NCBI GenBank assembly: GCA_031548835.1
Contig: JAVBQS010000019.1
Coordinates: forward strand, 2,445-66,444
Direction: 5' to 3'
Source of the DNA: Spirochaetia bacterium
GTDB taxonomy: Bacteria > Spirochaetota > Spirochaetia > CADAEX01
DNA length: 64,000 nucleotides
Shown: positions 56,094 through 64,000 of the stretch, piece by piece
Layout of the letters: each line of letters begins with the position of its first letter
Position numbering within the stretch: the first letter of the stretch is position 1
The notes under the pieces: model-generated
What the model was told of the DNA's origin: nothing
The model's database searches: none
What the model saw: the letters and a program-made list of their open reading frames with translations, nothing else
Translations under genes and position numbers: made by a program

Positions 56094-57410
56094 ATGGGTT
56101 ATATTGGAATAGTAAATTCAGAAGAAGAAATAGGCAATAACATAGTAAATTTGCTTAAAAAAGATGGGATAACTAACTATAAGATATTAACAAATGAGGA
56201 AGAAATTGTTGAATTTATTAGCTTTGAACTTCCTGAGCTTGTAATAATCAATTTTAGCGATTCAAGTTTAAATATAGATTCAATTATGGAAAGAATAAGC
56301 CATGATATATGGGTAAATAATTTTGGAATTATTGGATTATATAACCAGGAACAGACAACAGAAGATGCAATTATGAAAAAATATCTGGAATTTAATGTCC
56401 TGACATTGCTTGATAATATTATATTTAAGGTAGTATTAACAAAATGCGTAAAAATAATTCTGGAAAATAAGCAGCTTTTATTTAATAGAGATCTTTCAGA
56501 AAAGCTTTTTGATAGAGATGTGGGGTCTTTTGCAATAGGAAATGATCCTTTTACAGTTTCAATATATGCAGGCCTTGCTTCATCAATGCTTATGCAAAGA
56601 GGCCTTATAAAACCTGAATCAAGAATGCATCTTCAGCTTATTCTTGCCGAGTTGATTATAAATGCTATTGAACATGGTAATTGCGGAATAACTTATGATG
56701 AAAAAACAGAATTTCTGGAATCTGGCGGAAATATTATAGATCTTATATCTCAGAAATGTTCAGATCCGGGTATAGGGAATAAAAAAGTTTTGCTGGAGTG
56801 GGAAATAACACGCGACAGAAGTAAATTTGTTATAAAAGATGAAGGAAACGGATTTGATATATTTAAGCTTAAAAATAAGATAGAAAAAGAGGGAGCTTAT
56901 GCGCTTCATGGAAGAGGCATAAGAATGGCCAGTCTTTTTGCAGAAAGGCTTGCTTATAACAGAAAGGGAAATGCTGTGCTTGTACAGATAAGGCATGATA
57001 AAGATATAGCCCCCAAAGCGCCTCAAAGCCTTTCCAAAGAAGAGATAATTGATGTTAAAAAAGGAGATATAGTTTGCAGGGAAGGGGAATTCGGCGATTC
57101 TCTTTATTATATTTCTTCAGGAAAATATAGTGTATGGCATGCAAATAAAAGAGTTGGAGAACTTGACCCTTCAGATATTTTTATGGGAGAGATGGCATTT
57201 TTTCTTAATAATGAAAGAAGCGCAACTGTAATTGCTGAAACCAGCGGAAGAATAATAAAAATACCAAGAAAAAATTTTATTCAAATAATTAAAGAATATC
57301 CTCAATACGGCCTTTTTCTTGCCAAACTACTATCTGTTAAACTTGTGCGGGCAAATAGCAGTAATGCAGAACTTCAGACTAATCTTGCCCATATGAAACC
57401 AACTGTATGA
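56094..57410 (+). CDS. Regulatory protein: pseudo-receiver-like N-terminus, RsbW/SpoIIAB-like GHKL kinase domain, C-terminal cyclic-nucleotide-binding domain
   Basis: 'LILAELIINAIEHGN' (anti-sigma kinase N-box-like). C-terminal cNMP motif 'GEFGDSLYYISSGKYSV...GEMAFF...RSATVIA'. Confidence 0.65.
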   Translation: MGYIGIVNSEEEIGNNIVNLLKKDGITNYKILTNEEEIVEFISFELPELVIINFSDSSLNIDSIMERISHDIWVNNFGIIGLYNQEQTTEDAIMKKYLEFNVLTLLDNIIFKVVLTKCVKIILENKQLLFNRDLSEKLFDRDVGSFAIGNDPFTVSIYAGLASSMLMQRGLIKPESRMHLQLILAELIINAIEHGNCGITYDEKTEFLESGGNIIDLISQKCSDPGIGNKKVLLEWEITRDRSKFVIKDEGNGFDIFKLKNKIEKEGAYALHGRGIRMASLFAERLAYNRKGNAVLVQIRHDKDIAPKAPQSLSKEEIIDVKKGDIVCREGEFGDSLYYISSGKYSVWHANKRVGELDPSDIFMGEMAFFLNNERSATVIAETSGRIIKIPRKNFIQIIKEYPQYGLFLAKLLSVKLVRANSSNAELQTNLAHMKPTV

Positions 57411-57493
57411 TTATTTGTTTATACTTTATAGATTAATAGAATTGTTGAATTTTACCTTTAGTTTACTTATATTTAGAAATGTGATAGGTTTTA

Positions 57494-59755
57494 ATGAAAA
57501 AGAAAAATATTTATTGTTTTTTATATTTGTTTCTTTTAATTTCTATTCTTTTTCAGGTGTCATCATGTAAAAAAAAGAAAGAACAGGCTGAAGAAATAAA
57601 AAAACTGGATGCTGTTGTAACATTTGTGTCAGGAGATGTTTTTGTAATTTCTGAAAATGCAATTCTTCCTGCTATAGTTGGAAATATTTTGAAAATAGGA
57701 GATTCTCTTAAAACAGCGTCAGACTCATATCTTGAAATACTTATTGATGGAAAATCAGTAATAAGAATGGATGAAAATACAGAACTTGCAATAGAACGGC
57801 TTGTATCTTCCGGAACAGAAACAGATATTTCCGTTTCTCTTTTAAGCGGAAGCATTATAAATAAAGTTGAAAAAATAGTAAGCTCATCAGAAAATTATTC
57901 TGTAAAAACAAAAAGCGCTGCTTTTGGAGTAAGAGGAACAGAATTTATGGTTTCTTCTCCTGAATCAGGAGAACCTGTTCTTGCTGTAAAATCAGGAAGC
58001 GTGCAGATGATTCCTCATTCAGATGTTATTGAAAGACTTAAAGAAAAAGCTCCTGCTCGTGATGAAAATGTTGAAACATTTATAAAATTGGTTGAAGAAA
58101 GTTTTCCTGTTGTAACAGGAGGAAGCGAGATAGCTATAACACCTGATTTATCAGCAGAAATTTTAAAATCTCTTTCAACAGTTGAGACAGCTGTTGATGA
58201 TGTCAGAGCTGGAAGATTAAGGGCAAGAGATCTTTCCGAAGTTGTTTCAAGCTCTTCTATTACTGCCAGATCTGAAGCAGAAAAAACCCTGGCTTTGGTA
58301 AAAAGCATTGATAATGCCAATCTTGAAAAACTTAAAATAACAGATTTTATGCAGGTGTATGATAATAGTGAAAAACTTAAAGAAGTTATTTTTAAAACAG
58401 AACCTGCAGGAGCCAGAATTTATTTTGACGGAAGTTTTATAGGTCTGGGTTCTGTCAGCGCGCTTCTTGCAGAAGGGCGTACAGTAAAAGTAACTGCTGA
58501 ATATGAAGGCTATGAATCTTTTGAAAAAGAACTTGTGATTTCTGAAATTACTGAAAAGCCGTACATAATAACACTTAAACCAAAAGAGCCGGCAAAAGGC
58601 TATTTTGAATTATCTGTCCTGCCTGCTGATGCTGAAATCTTTATTGGAAACAGGGGCGCAGGAAGAGGAATGTATACAGGCAGCTATGCTCCTGGAACAA
58701 AGCTTGATATTTCTGTGCAGAGAAAAGAATATAAAACTGAAAATCTCTCTGTTGAAATTAAAGAGGGAGAAACTTTAAAAAGAAATATTGCGCTATCTGT
58801 GCTGCTTGTGCCATATTCATTTGATACAGGATTTAATAAAGCAGATGCAATTATTCCTGCAGGAAGAGGCTACTATACAGTTTCTTCAAGCGGAAATGGT
58901 TTTTCTGTAATAAATTCAGAAGGAAAAACTCTGTTTAAAAATAGCGATGCTAATGCAGGTGTTCCTGTATTTTCAGGAGGAAAACTCTTATTTGTATCTG
59001 AAAATAATTTCAAAGCTATAGATACAGCAAGCTGGAAAGAAGCAGGAACTATTGAACTTGAAGAAGCTCCGTATAGAACTCCTGTCCTTGATGGTAATTC
59101 TGTTCTTATAAACAGCGGAGATTCAATTCTTGTTGTAAATAACGCTGATTTTAAACTTGGCAGAAAAGTAAAAGTGCCTGATACAGTTGTTTCATATCCG
59201 TATTCCTATAACAGCAGAATTTTAACAGTAACTGATAAAGGAGTTCTCCAGGTTTTCGGACAGGAAGATACACCTCTCTCTTCTGTGCCTGTAACACTGG
59301 GAAGCCCTAAAGGCATAAGCATTGCTGTAAATAGCAATGTAGGTTATTTTGCAAATGTAAATGGCTCTATTAATGCTGTAGAGCTTCAGACAGGCAATTT
59401 TCTTTGGGGCGGAAAATTCCAGCCTGATATTTTAGGCAAGCTTCCGTATTTAAGCGCATCTGAACGCGGCATTATGATTTACTCAAATAATGCACTGAAA
59501 TTTTTTAAATTAAGCGGAGAGGAAATAAAAGAGATAGAAAAAGTAAAAAGCTTTTGTCAGGGTGAGAATTTTCTTATTTATGCAGCTTCTGAAACTGGAA
59601 GAATTACAGCATATAATCCTGTATCAGGCGCTGCTGTAAAATATGCAGACACAGGCATCTCTCTTGAAAGTATTGTTTATAGAGATGGAAAAATTCATGG
59701 AGCATCGGAAAACGGAAAATATGTTGTTATAAATCCCGCTGCATTCAGGCAGTAG
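57494..59755 (+). CDS. Lipoprotein with FecR-like domain, PEGA domain and C-terminal beta-propeller-like region
   Basis: Lipobox 'FQVSSCKK'. N-terminal FecR-like 'VVTFVSGDVFV...GDSLKTASDSYLEILIDGKSVIRMDENTEL'. PEGA-like 'TEPAGARIYFDGSFIGLG'. Confidence 0.65.
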   Translation: MKKKNIYCFLYLFLLISILFQVSSCKKKKEQAEEIKKLDAVVTFVSGDVFVISENAILPAIVGNILKIGDSLKTASDSYLEILIDGKSVIRMDENTELAIERLVSSGTETDISVSLLSGSIINKVEKIVSSSENYSVKTKSAAFGVRGTEFMVSSPESGEPVLAVKSGSVQMIPHSDVIERLKEKAPARDENVETFIKLVEESFPVVTGGSEIAITPDLSAEILKSLSTVETAVDDVRAGRLRARDLSEVVSSSSITARSEAEKTLALVKSIDNANLEKLKITDFMQVYDNSEKLKEVIFKTEPAGARIYFDGSFIGLGSVSALLAEGRTVKVTAEYEGYESFEKELVISEITEKPYIITLKPKEPAKGYFELSVLPADAEIFIGNRGAGRGMYTGSYAPGTKLDISVQRKEYKTENLSVEIKEGETLKRNIALSVLLVPYSFDTGFNKADAIIPAGRGYYTVSSSGNGFSVINSEGKTLFKNSDANAGVPVFSGGKLLFVSENNFKAIDTASWKEAGTIELEEAPYRTPVLDGNSVLINSGDSILVVNNADFKLGRKVKVPDTVVSYPYSYNSRILTVTDKGVLQVFGQEDTPLSSVPVTLGSPKGISIAVNSNVGYFANVNGSINAVELQTGNFLWGGKFQPDILGKLPYLSASERGIMIYSNNALKFFKLSGEEIKEIEKVKSFCQGENFLIYAASETGRITAYNPVSGAAVKYADTGISLESIVYRDGKIHGASENGKYVVINPAAFRQ

Positions 59756-59930
59756 GATTGCTAGTCCGGCTCTATATAAACAAGCAGGCTTTTGCTTAAT
59801 TAAGTTTATAAGTCAAATTGGCTCAGGCATATAATCATGCCTGAGCTTACAATAATATAATACCTGTTATTTTAATTTGGGCAGCTGCAGCGAAGTAGAC
59901 ATTTAGGCTGTAAACTAATATTATTAAATT

Positions 59931-61232
59931 ATGGAACAACAAAAACCTGAATTATATAAATCAAAAGAAGAATATTTAAACGAGCTTGAAAAAAGGGGAA
60001 AACTTCCCGAAGGTTTTAAAATATCTGTTATTTCGCTGGAATTTTTTCCTGTTGAAAGGCCTGTTGAAAAACCTCTTCCAATGAGAATGTCTCTCTTGGC
60101 GCTTGATGAACCCACAGATGTTTTTGGCGCAGTATTTACAAGAAATAAATGCCCGGGCGCTCCTGTAATAATAGGCAAAGAAAGGCTTTTATCTGAAAAA
60201 ATACGCGGAGTTATTATTAACAATAAAATAGCTAACGTTTGTACAGAAACAGGAATCAAGGATTCAACTCTTCTGCTTGAATATCTTGCAAAAGAGACAG
60301 GAGCTTCTGCAGAAGAGTTTATTCCATCATCAACCGGAATTATAGGCTGGCGACTTCCTGTTGAAGATATGGTAAAAAATATTCCAAGGCTGGTTTCAGG
60401 AATTTCTCCAGGTTCAGGTGTAGATCTTGCAAAAGGAATAATGACTACAGACTCTTTTCCAAAGCTGCGGTCAGCAGAAGTTGGAGACGGCCGTATTGTT
60501 GCTGTTGCAAAAGGCGCAGGAATGATAGAGCCCAATATGGCCACAATGCTCTGTTTTATTATGACAGATGTTACAATAGAAAGAGAATCTGCAAGAAATA
60601 TTTTAAAAAAAGTTGTGGAAAAAACTTATAACTGTATCTCTGTAGACGGCGACCAGAGCACAAGCGATACTGCTATTATAATGAGTTCCTGCAAAAAGAA
60701 AAAAGTTTCAGAAGAAGAGTTTGAAGCTGCTCTTTATAAAGTATGTTCAGATCTTGCAGTAGATATAGTAAGAAATTCAGAAGGCTGCGGGCATGTGGTA
60801 AAAGTTTCTGTCACAGGCGCATCTGATTTTGAAACAGCAAGAAATGTAGGAAAAGCTGTTGTAAATTCTCCGCTTGTTTCAACTGCAATATTCGGCAATG
60901 ATCCAAATGTTGGAAGGCTGCTTTCTTCCATAGGAGATTATGCAGGCAACAATAAAATGGAACTTAACAAAAATAAACTTATTATCTCGCTTGGCGGCGA
61001 AGTTGTTTTTGACAAAGGAGCTTTCCGGCTTAATCAGGAAAAAGAAATCAGGCTGTCAAACTATCTTAAAGCAAGATCTCTTGATTCTGAACATAAAGAA
61101 TTTCCCCAGCATAACCATACAGTTAACATTGATATAGATCTTGGCACAGGACATGACAGCGGCAGCGCCGCAGTGTTTGGAAGTGATCTTTCATATGGAT
61201 ATGTAAGGGAAAATGCTGACTACAGATCATAA
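59931..61232 (+). CDS. argJ: Glutamate N-acetyltransferase / amino-acid acetyltransferase (ornithine acetyltransferase)
   Basis: The self-cleavage and active-site motif 'PNMATMLCFIMTDV' (ATML Thr). 433 aa. N-terminal 'GFKISVISLEF'. Confidence 0.85.
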   Translation: MEQQKPELYKSKEEYLNELEKRGKLPEGFKISVISLEFFPVERPVEKPLPMRMSLLALDEPTDVFGAVFTRNKCPGAPVIIGKERLLSEKIRGVIINNKIANVCTETGIKDSTLLLEYLAKETGASAEEFIPSSTGIIGWRLPVEDMVKNIPRLVSGISPGSGVDLAKGIMTTDSFPKLRSAEVGDGRIVAVAKGAGMIEPNMATMLCFIMTDVTIERESARNILKKVVEKTYNCISVDGDQSTSDTAIIMSSCKKKKVSEEEFEAALYKVCSDLAVDIVRNSEGCGHVVKVSVTGASDFETARNVGKAVVNSPLVSTAIFGNDPNVGRLLSSIGDYAGNNKMELNKNKLIISLGGEVVFDKGAFRLNQEKEIRLSNYLKARSLDSEHKEFPQHNHTVNIDIDLGTGHDSGSAAVFGSDLSYGYVRENADYRS

Positions 61233-62220
61233 TATTCATGATAGGAATGAGGTATTTAAATTGGATAGCAGCTTAAATAAACTTGCAGGAATTTTTGACA
61301 AACTTGAGACAGCAAAAAAATATTTTCTTGATACAGTTATTGATGGAGAATTTATTTATAACAGGTTTATAACAGCCTATATAGCTGGCGGGCATGTTTT
61401 AATCGAAGGAGTTCCCGGTCTTGCAAAAACCAGGGCTGCAAAAGCTCTTTCAGAAATTGCAGGAGCTGATTTTTCAAGAATCCAGTTTACTCCCGACCTT
61501 CTTCCGTCAGACATTATAGGAAACCTTGTTTTTATTCCAGTAACGGGAGAATTTACTGTAAGAAAAGGCCCTGTTTTTTCAGGCATTGTTCTTGCAGATG
61601 AAATAAACCGCGCTCCTGCAAGGGTTCAATCTGCGCTGCTTGAAGCAATGGAAGAACGTCAGGTTACAATAGGAGAATCAACCCATAAGCTTTCCGCCAA
61701 TTTTTTTGTAATTGCAACGCAGAACCCTATTGAGCAGGAAGGAACATACAGGCTTCCCGAAGCGCAGCTTGACAGATTTTTAATAAAGATTGATCTTGTT
61801 TATCCTTCCCATGATTCAGAGCTTAAAATTCTTGCAATGCATGATAAAGAAGAAAAAGCATTTCCCAAATTAAAAGATAAAATTACATCGGAAGATATTT
61901 TAAAGCTTTCAGATGCTGCTGAAAATATAACATTAAATGATGATATAAAAAAATATATTGTTGATATTGTAAGAGAAACAAGAAAGAAAAATAAATATAT
62001 TGAATTTGGAGCATCGCCAAGAGCATCTATCGGAATAATGAGATGCTCCCGCATAAAAGCGCTTTTGGAAAAACGCAAATTTGTGACACCTGATGATATT
62101 AAAGAAATTGCTCCTGATATTTTAAGGCACCGCATAATAAGAAGCTTTGAGGCTGAAGCTGAAGGAGCAGATGCCAATATTATAGTTTCCGCCATACTTG
62201 GTGCTGTTAAAACTCCATAA
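61213..62220 (+). CDS. MoxR-family AAA+ ATPase
   Basis: 'HVLIEGVPGLAKTRAAKALSEIAGADFSRIQFTPDLLPSDIIG', 'VLADEINRAPARVQSALLEAMEERQVTI'. Confidence 0.9.
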   Translation: MLTTDHNIHDRNEVFKLDSSLNKLAGIFDKLETAKKYFLDTVIDGEFIYNRFITAYIAGGHVLIEGVPGLAKTRAAKALSEIAGADFSRIQFTPDLLPSDIIGNLVFIPVTGEFTVRKGPVFSGIVLADEINRAPARVQSALLEAMEERQVTIGESTHKLSANFFVIATQNPIEQEGTYRLPEAQLDRFLIKIDLVYPSHDSELKILAMHDKEEKAFPKLKDKITSEDILKLSDAAENITLNDDIKKYIVDIVRETRKKNKYIEFGASPRASIGIMRCSRIKALLEKRKFVTPDDIKEIAPDILRHRIIRSFEAEAEGADANIIVSAILGAVKTP

Positions 62221-63100
62221 GATGAACAAGAAAGAAATTCTTTCTGAGATAAAAAAAATTGAAATTGTAATCAGAAAGCGCCTGAGCGGAAACTCTGCAG
62301 GCCTATATATCTCTGCCTATAGAGGTAACGGCATAGAACTTGAAGGGATTAAAGAATATTCTGATGAAGATGATTTCAGGCTTATTGACTTTAATGCTTT
62401 TGCAAGAACAGGCCGGCCTTTTACTCTTGTTATGCAGGAAGAGAGAGAGCTTGAGCTTTATCTTATTGTAGATGTTTCAGCATCTATGGGAGCAGGAGGC
62501 TCGCTCTATCCTGTAAGAAAAACAAAACTTGAAACAGCAGCAATTGCTGCTGCAATACTTGGGCTTTCCGCTGCTTCAAACCGTGATAAAACAGCAGCAA
62601 TTCTTTTTTCAGGAAATGTTGAAGAAACAGTGCTTCCTGCATCAGGAAGAAGCCATATTCTTTCAATTGCAGAAAAAATTATTGATTCCCAGCCGAAACA
62701 CAAAGGTTCCAATCTTGAAACAGCCTGCAATGCTTTGCCTAAAAGTTTTAGGAAAAAAGGAATATGTATAATAATTTCCGATATGGAATATGATATACCG
62801 TGGAAAACTCTGTTAAGAATTTCCTCCAGAGTTGAAACTGCAATTTTACGCATAAAAGATAATGCTGAAAATAACAATATAAATTTGTTTTCATATAAAT
62901 CTGAAAGCAGCGATCCTGTTCCTTTTAATTATTTTTATATAAAAAAACCGAAAACAGATAGAATAAAAAATCCTGCTGTTAAAAGCAGCGATAAAGATTT
63001 TTCAGAAGCTGCGAAATTCGGCATTCCGCTTGTTGATATATATACTGGCGATAATATTGTTGAAAAAATAAACACTTTTTTTAAATCAAGGAAAAGATGA
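62198..63100 (+). CDS. DUF58 protein (vWA-fold MoxR partner, Bat-operon type)
   Basis: 'LYLIVDVSASMG' and position immediately after MoxR with an overlapping start. Confidence 0.85.
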   Translation: MVLLKLHKMNKKEILSEIKKIEIVIRKRLSGNSAGLYISAYRGNGIELEGIKEYSDEDDFRLIDFNAFARTGRPFTLVMQEERELELYLIVDVSASMGAGGSLYPVRKTKLETAAIAAAILGLSAASNRDKTAAILFSGNVEETVLPASGRSHILSIAEKIIDSQPKHKGSNLETACNALPKSFRKKGICIIISDMEYDIPWKTLLRISSRVETAILRIKDNAENNNINLFSYKSESSDPVPFNYFYIKKPKTDRIKNPAVKSSDKDFSEAAKFGIPLVDIYTGDNIVEKINTFFKSRKR

Positions 63101-63945
63101 AAAAAATATTTTTATTGCTGTTTATTTTTATTTTAATTACTTTCTCATATTCCCAAAACATGGAATCAAAAGGAACTATTGTAAGTTACACTTTAAATCC
63201 TCCCGCGCTTAAAACAGGAGAAAAAGGATTTGCAAGAATCAGAATTGCAGAAAATTTTGCATTGCCTGAAAGCAGGAAATTTTCAATCAGAAATAATCAG
63301 TGGTTTCATATTGATGATATAAAAATAAATTATGAAGAAAATGAAATTCTTGTCTGGTTCATGCCTCTTGATCCATCTATTACTGCTTTCCCGGATTTTA
63401 AAATACAAAATAAATTATATTCAGGCATTCCTCTTACTGTAAAATCACAGCTTGGAAATGTAAATTTAATTAGTCTTTTGGATGAAAAACTTTTATTGCC
63501 CTGGACAAAACTTTTATTTGCAGCATGTTTTACATTGCTTATTCTGTTTTTATCTTTATGTTATTATATAGTTAAGGTAGTTCCTGAAAATATCAGAAAA
63601 ACATTTATTTTAAAAAACGCTGTCTTTAAAAGAAAGCAGCTGCTTAAAAAAATTACAAAACTTACAAATAAAATAAAGTTATATGAACAGGCTGATTATA
63701 TAAAGCAGCTTTTAAAATTATTAAAACAATATCTTGAAATTGTTACAGATAAAAAAGCTACCTGTTTTACCACAGGAGAGATGATTAAAGAATTTCCTGA
63801 CGCTCCTTCAAAAGAACTTCTTTTCCTTGACTCTGTCCGTTTCGGAAACAGCAGCGCAGACTCAGGCACAATAGCAGAAGCTTCGGGATCTGTTTATAAT
63901 TTTGCATTAATGTTTGAAGAAATTGCGGGGGGTAAAAAAATATGA
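63097..63945 (+). CDS. Hypothetical membrane protein of the Bat-type MoxR operon
   Basis: Signal peptide plus a central TM helix. ATGA overlaps with both neighbours. Confidence 0.55.
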   Translation: MKKIFLLLFIFILITFSYSQNMESKGTIVSYTLNPPALKTGEKGFARIRIAENFALPESRKFSIRNNQWFHIDDIKINYEENEILVWFMPLDPSITAFPDFKIQNKLYSGIPLTVKSQLGNVNLISLLDEKLLLPWTKLLFAACFTLLILFLSLCYYIVKVVPENIRKTFILKNAVFKRKQLLKKITKLTNKIKLYEQADYIKQLLKLLKQYLEIVTDKKATCFTTGEMIKEFPDAPSKELLFLDSVRFGNSSADSGTIAEASGSVYNFALMFEEIAGGKKI

Positions 63946-64000
63946 TGTTTGAAAATCCTGCAATGCTTTTAATAGTGCCTGTTGTTTTTTTCCTTATGTG
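63942..64000 (+). CDS. Start of a BatA-like membrane/vWA protein (3' end outside the window)
   Basis: 'MMFENPAMLLIVPVVFFLM' resembles BatA N-termini. The ATGA overlaps the upstream stop. Confidence 0.3.
   Translation, partial: MMFENPAMLLIVPVVFFLM

Noticed and set aside
1-64000. CRISPR arrays, insertion sequences, prophage genes, rRNA operons
   Set aside because: No regularly spaced direct repeats, transposase/integrase-like ORFs, phage structural genes or rRNA-like sequences were seen anywhere in the window.

Overview
This is a roughly 64 kb chromosomal segment from a low-GC (about one-third GC by eye), standard-code bacterium. It is densely packed, mostly with plus-strand genes.

Recognisable content:
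- An incomplete 5' sulfatase-like gene.
- An amino-acid ABC transporter substrate-binding protein and permease with no adjacent ATPase.
- A CaCA exchanger.
- A complete V-type ATPase operon (atpE, a small conserved ORF, atpA, atpB, atpD, atpI, atpK) with a clear intrinsic terminator.
- A PTS-EIIA/CBS regulator paired with an ArsB/NhaD permease.
- A block of lineage-specific envelope proteins.
- nadE, a methyl-accepting chemotaxis protein and canonical citrate synthase gltA.
- An unusual operon, transcribed divergently from gltA, that encodes two paralogous citrate-synthase-like proteins with complementary catalytic motifs plus a CoA-acylating aldehyde dehydrogenase.
- A HAD hydrolase, a LysR regulator and a Nudix hydrolase.
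- A histidine kinase followed by an NtrC-type sigma-54 activator interrupted by an in-frame TGA.
- A Na/Pi cotransporter, rsmI, flgM, a SpoU methylase, an HDOD signalling protein, a Lon-like protease, a Nif3-family protein and lspA.
- An FN3-repeat lipoprotein, a 551-aa hypothetical protein next to tRNA-Ala(GGC), an IMPase-family protein, a GAF/HD-GYP protein and fabH.
- A cNMP-binding anti-sigma-like protein, a FecR/PEGA lipoprotein, argJ, and the start of a Bat-type MoxR/DUF58 operon.

No transposase or integrase genes, no CRISPR arrays and no rRNA genes were seen.

The V-ATPase gene order, FlgM, the many lipoproteins and the CTT/GGA/GCA codon bias suggest a spirochaete-like (Treponema-like) anaerobe. 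That is an inference only.

The most interesting signals are the split-active-site citrate-synthase-like pair with its aldehyde dehydrogenase, a palindrome shared between that operon and gltA, several structured intergenic repeat elements, and the interrupted sigma-54 activator.
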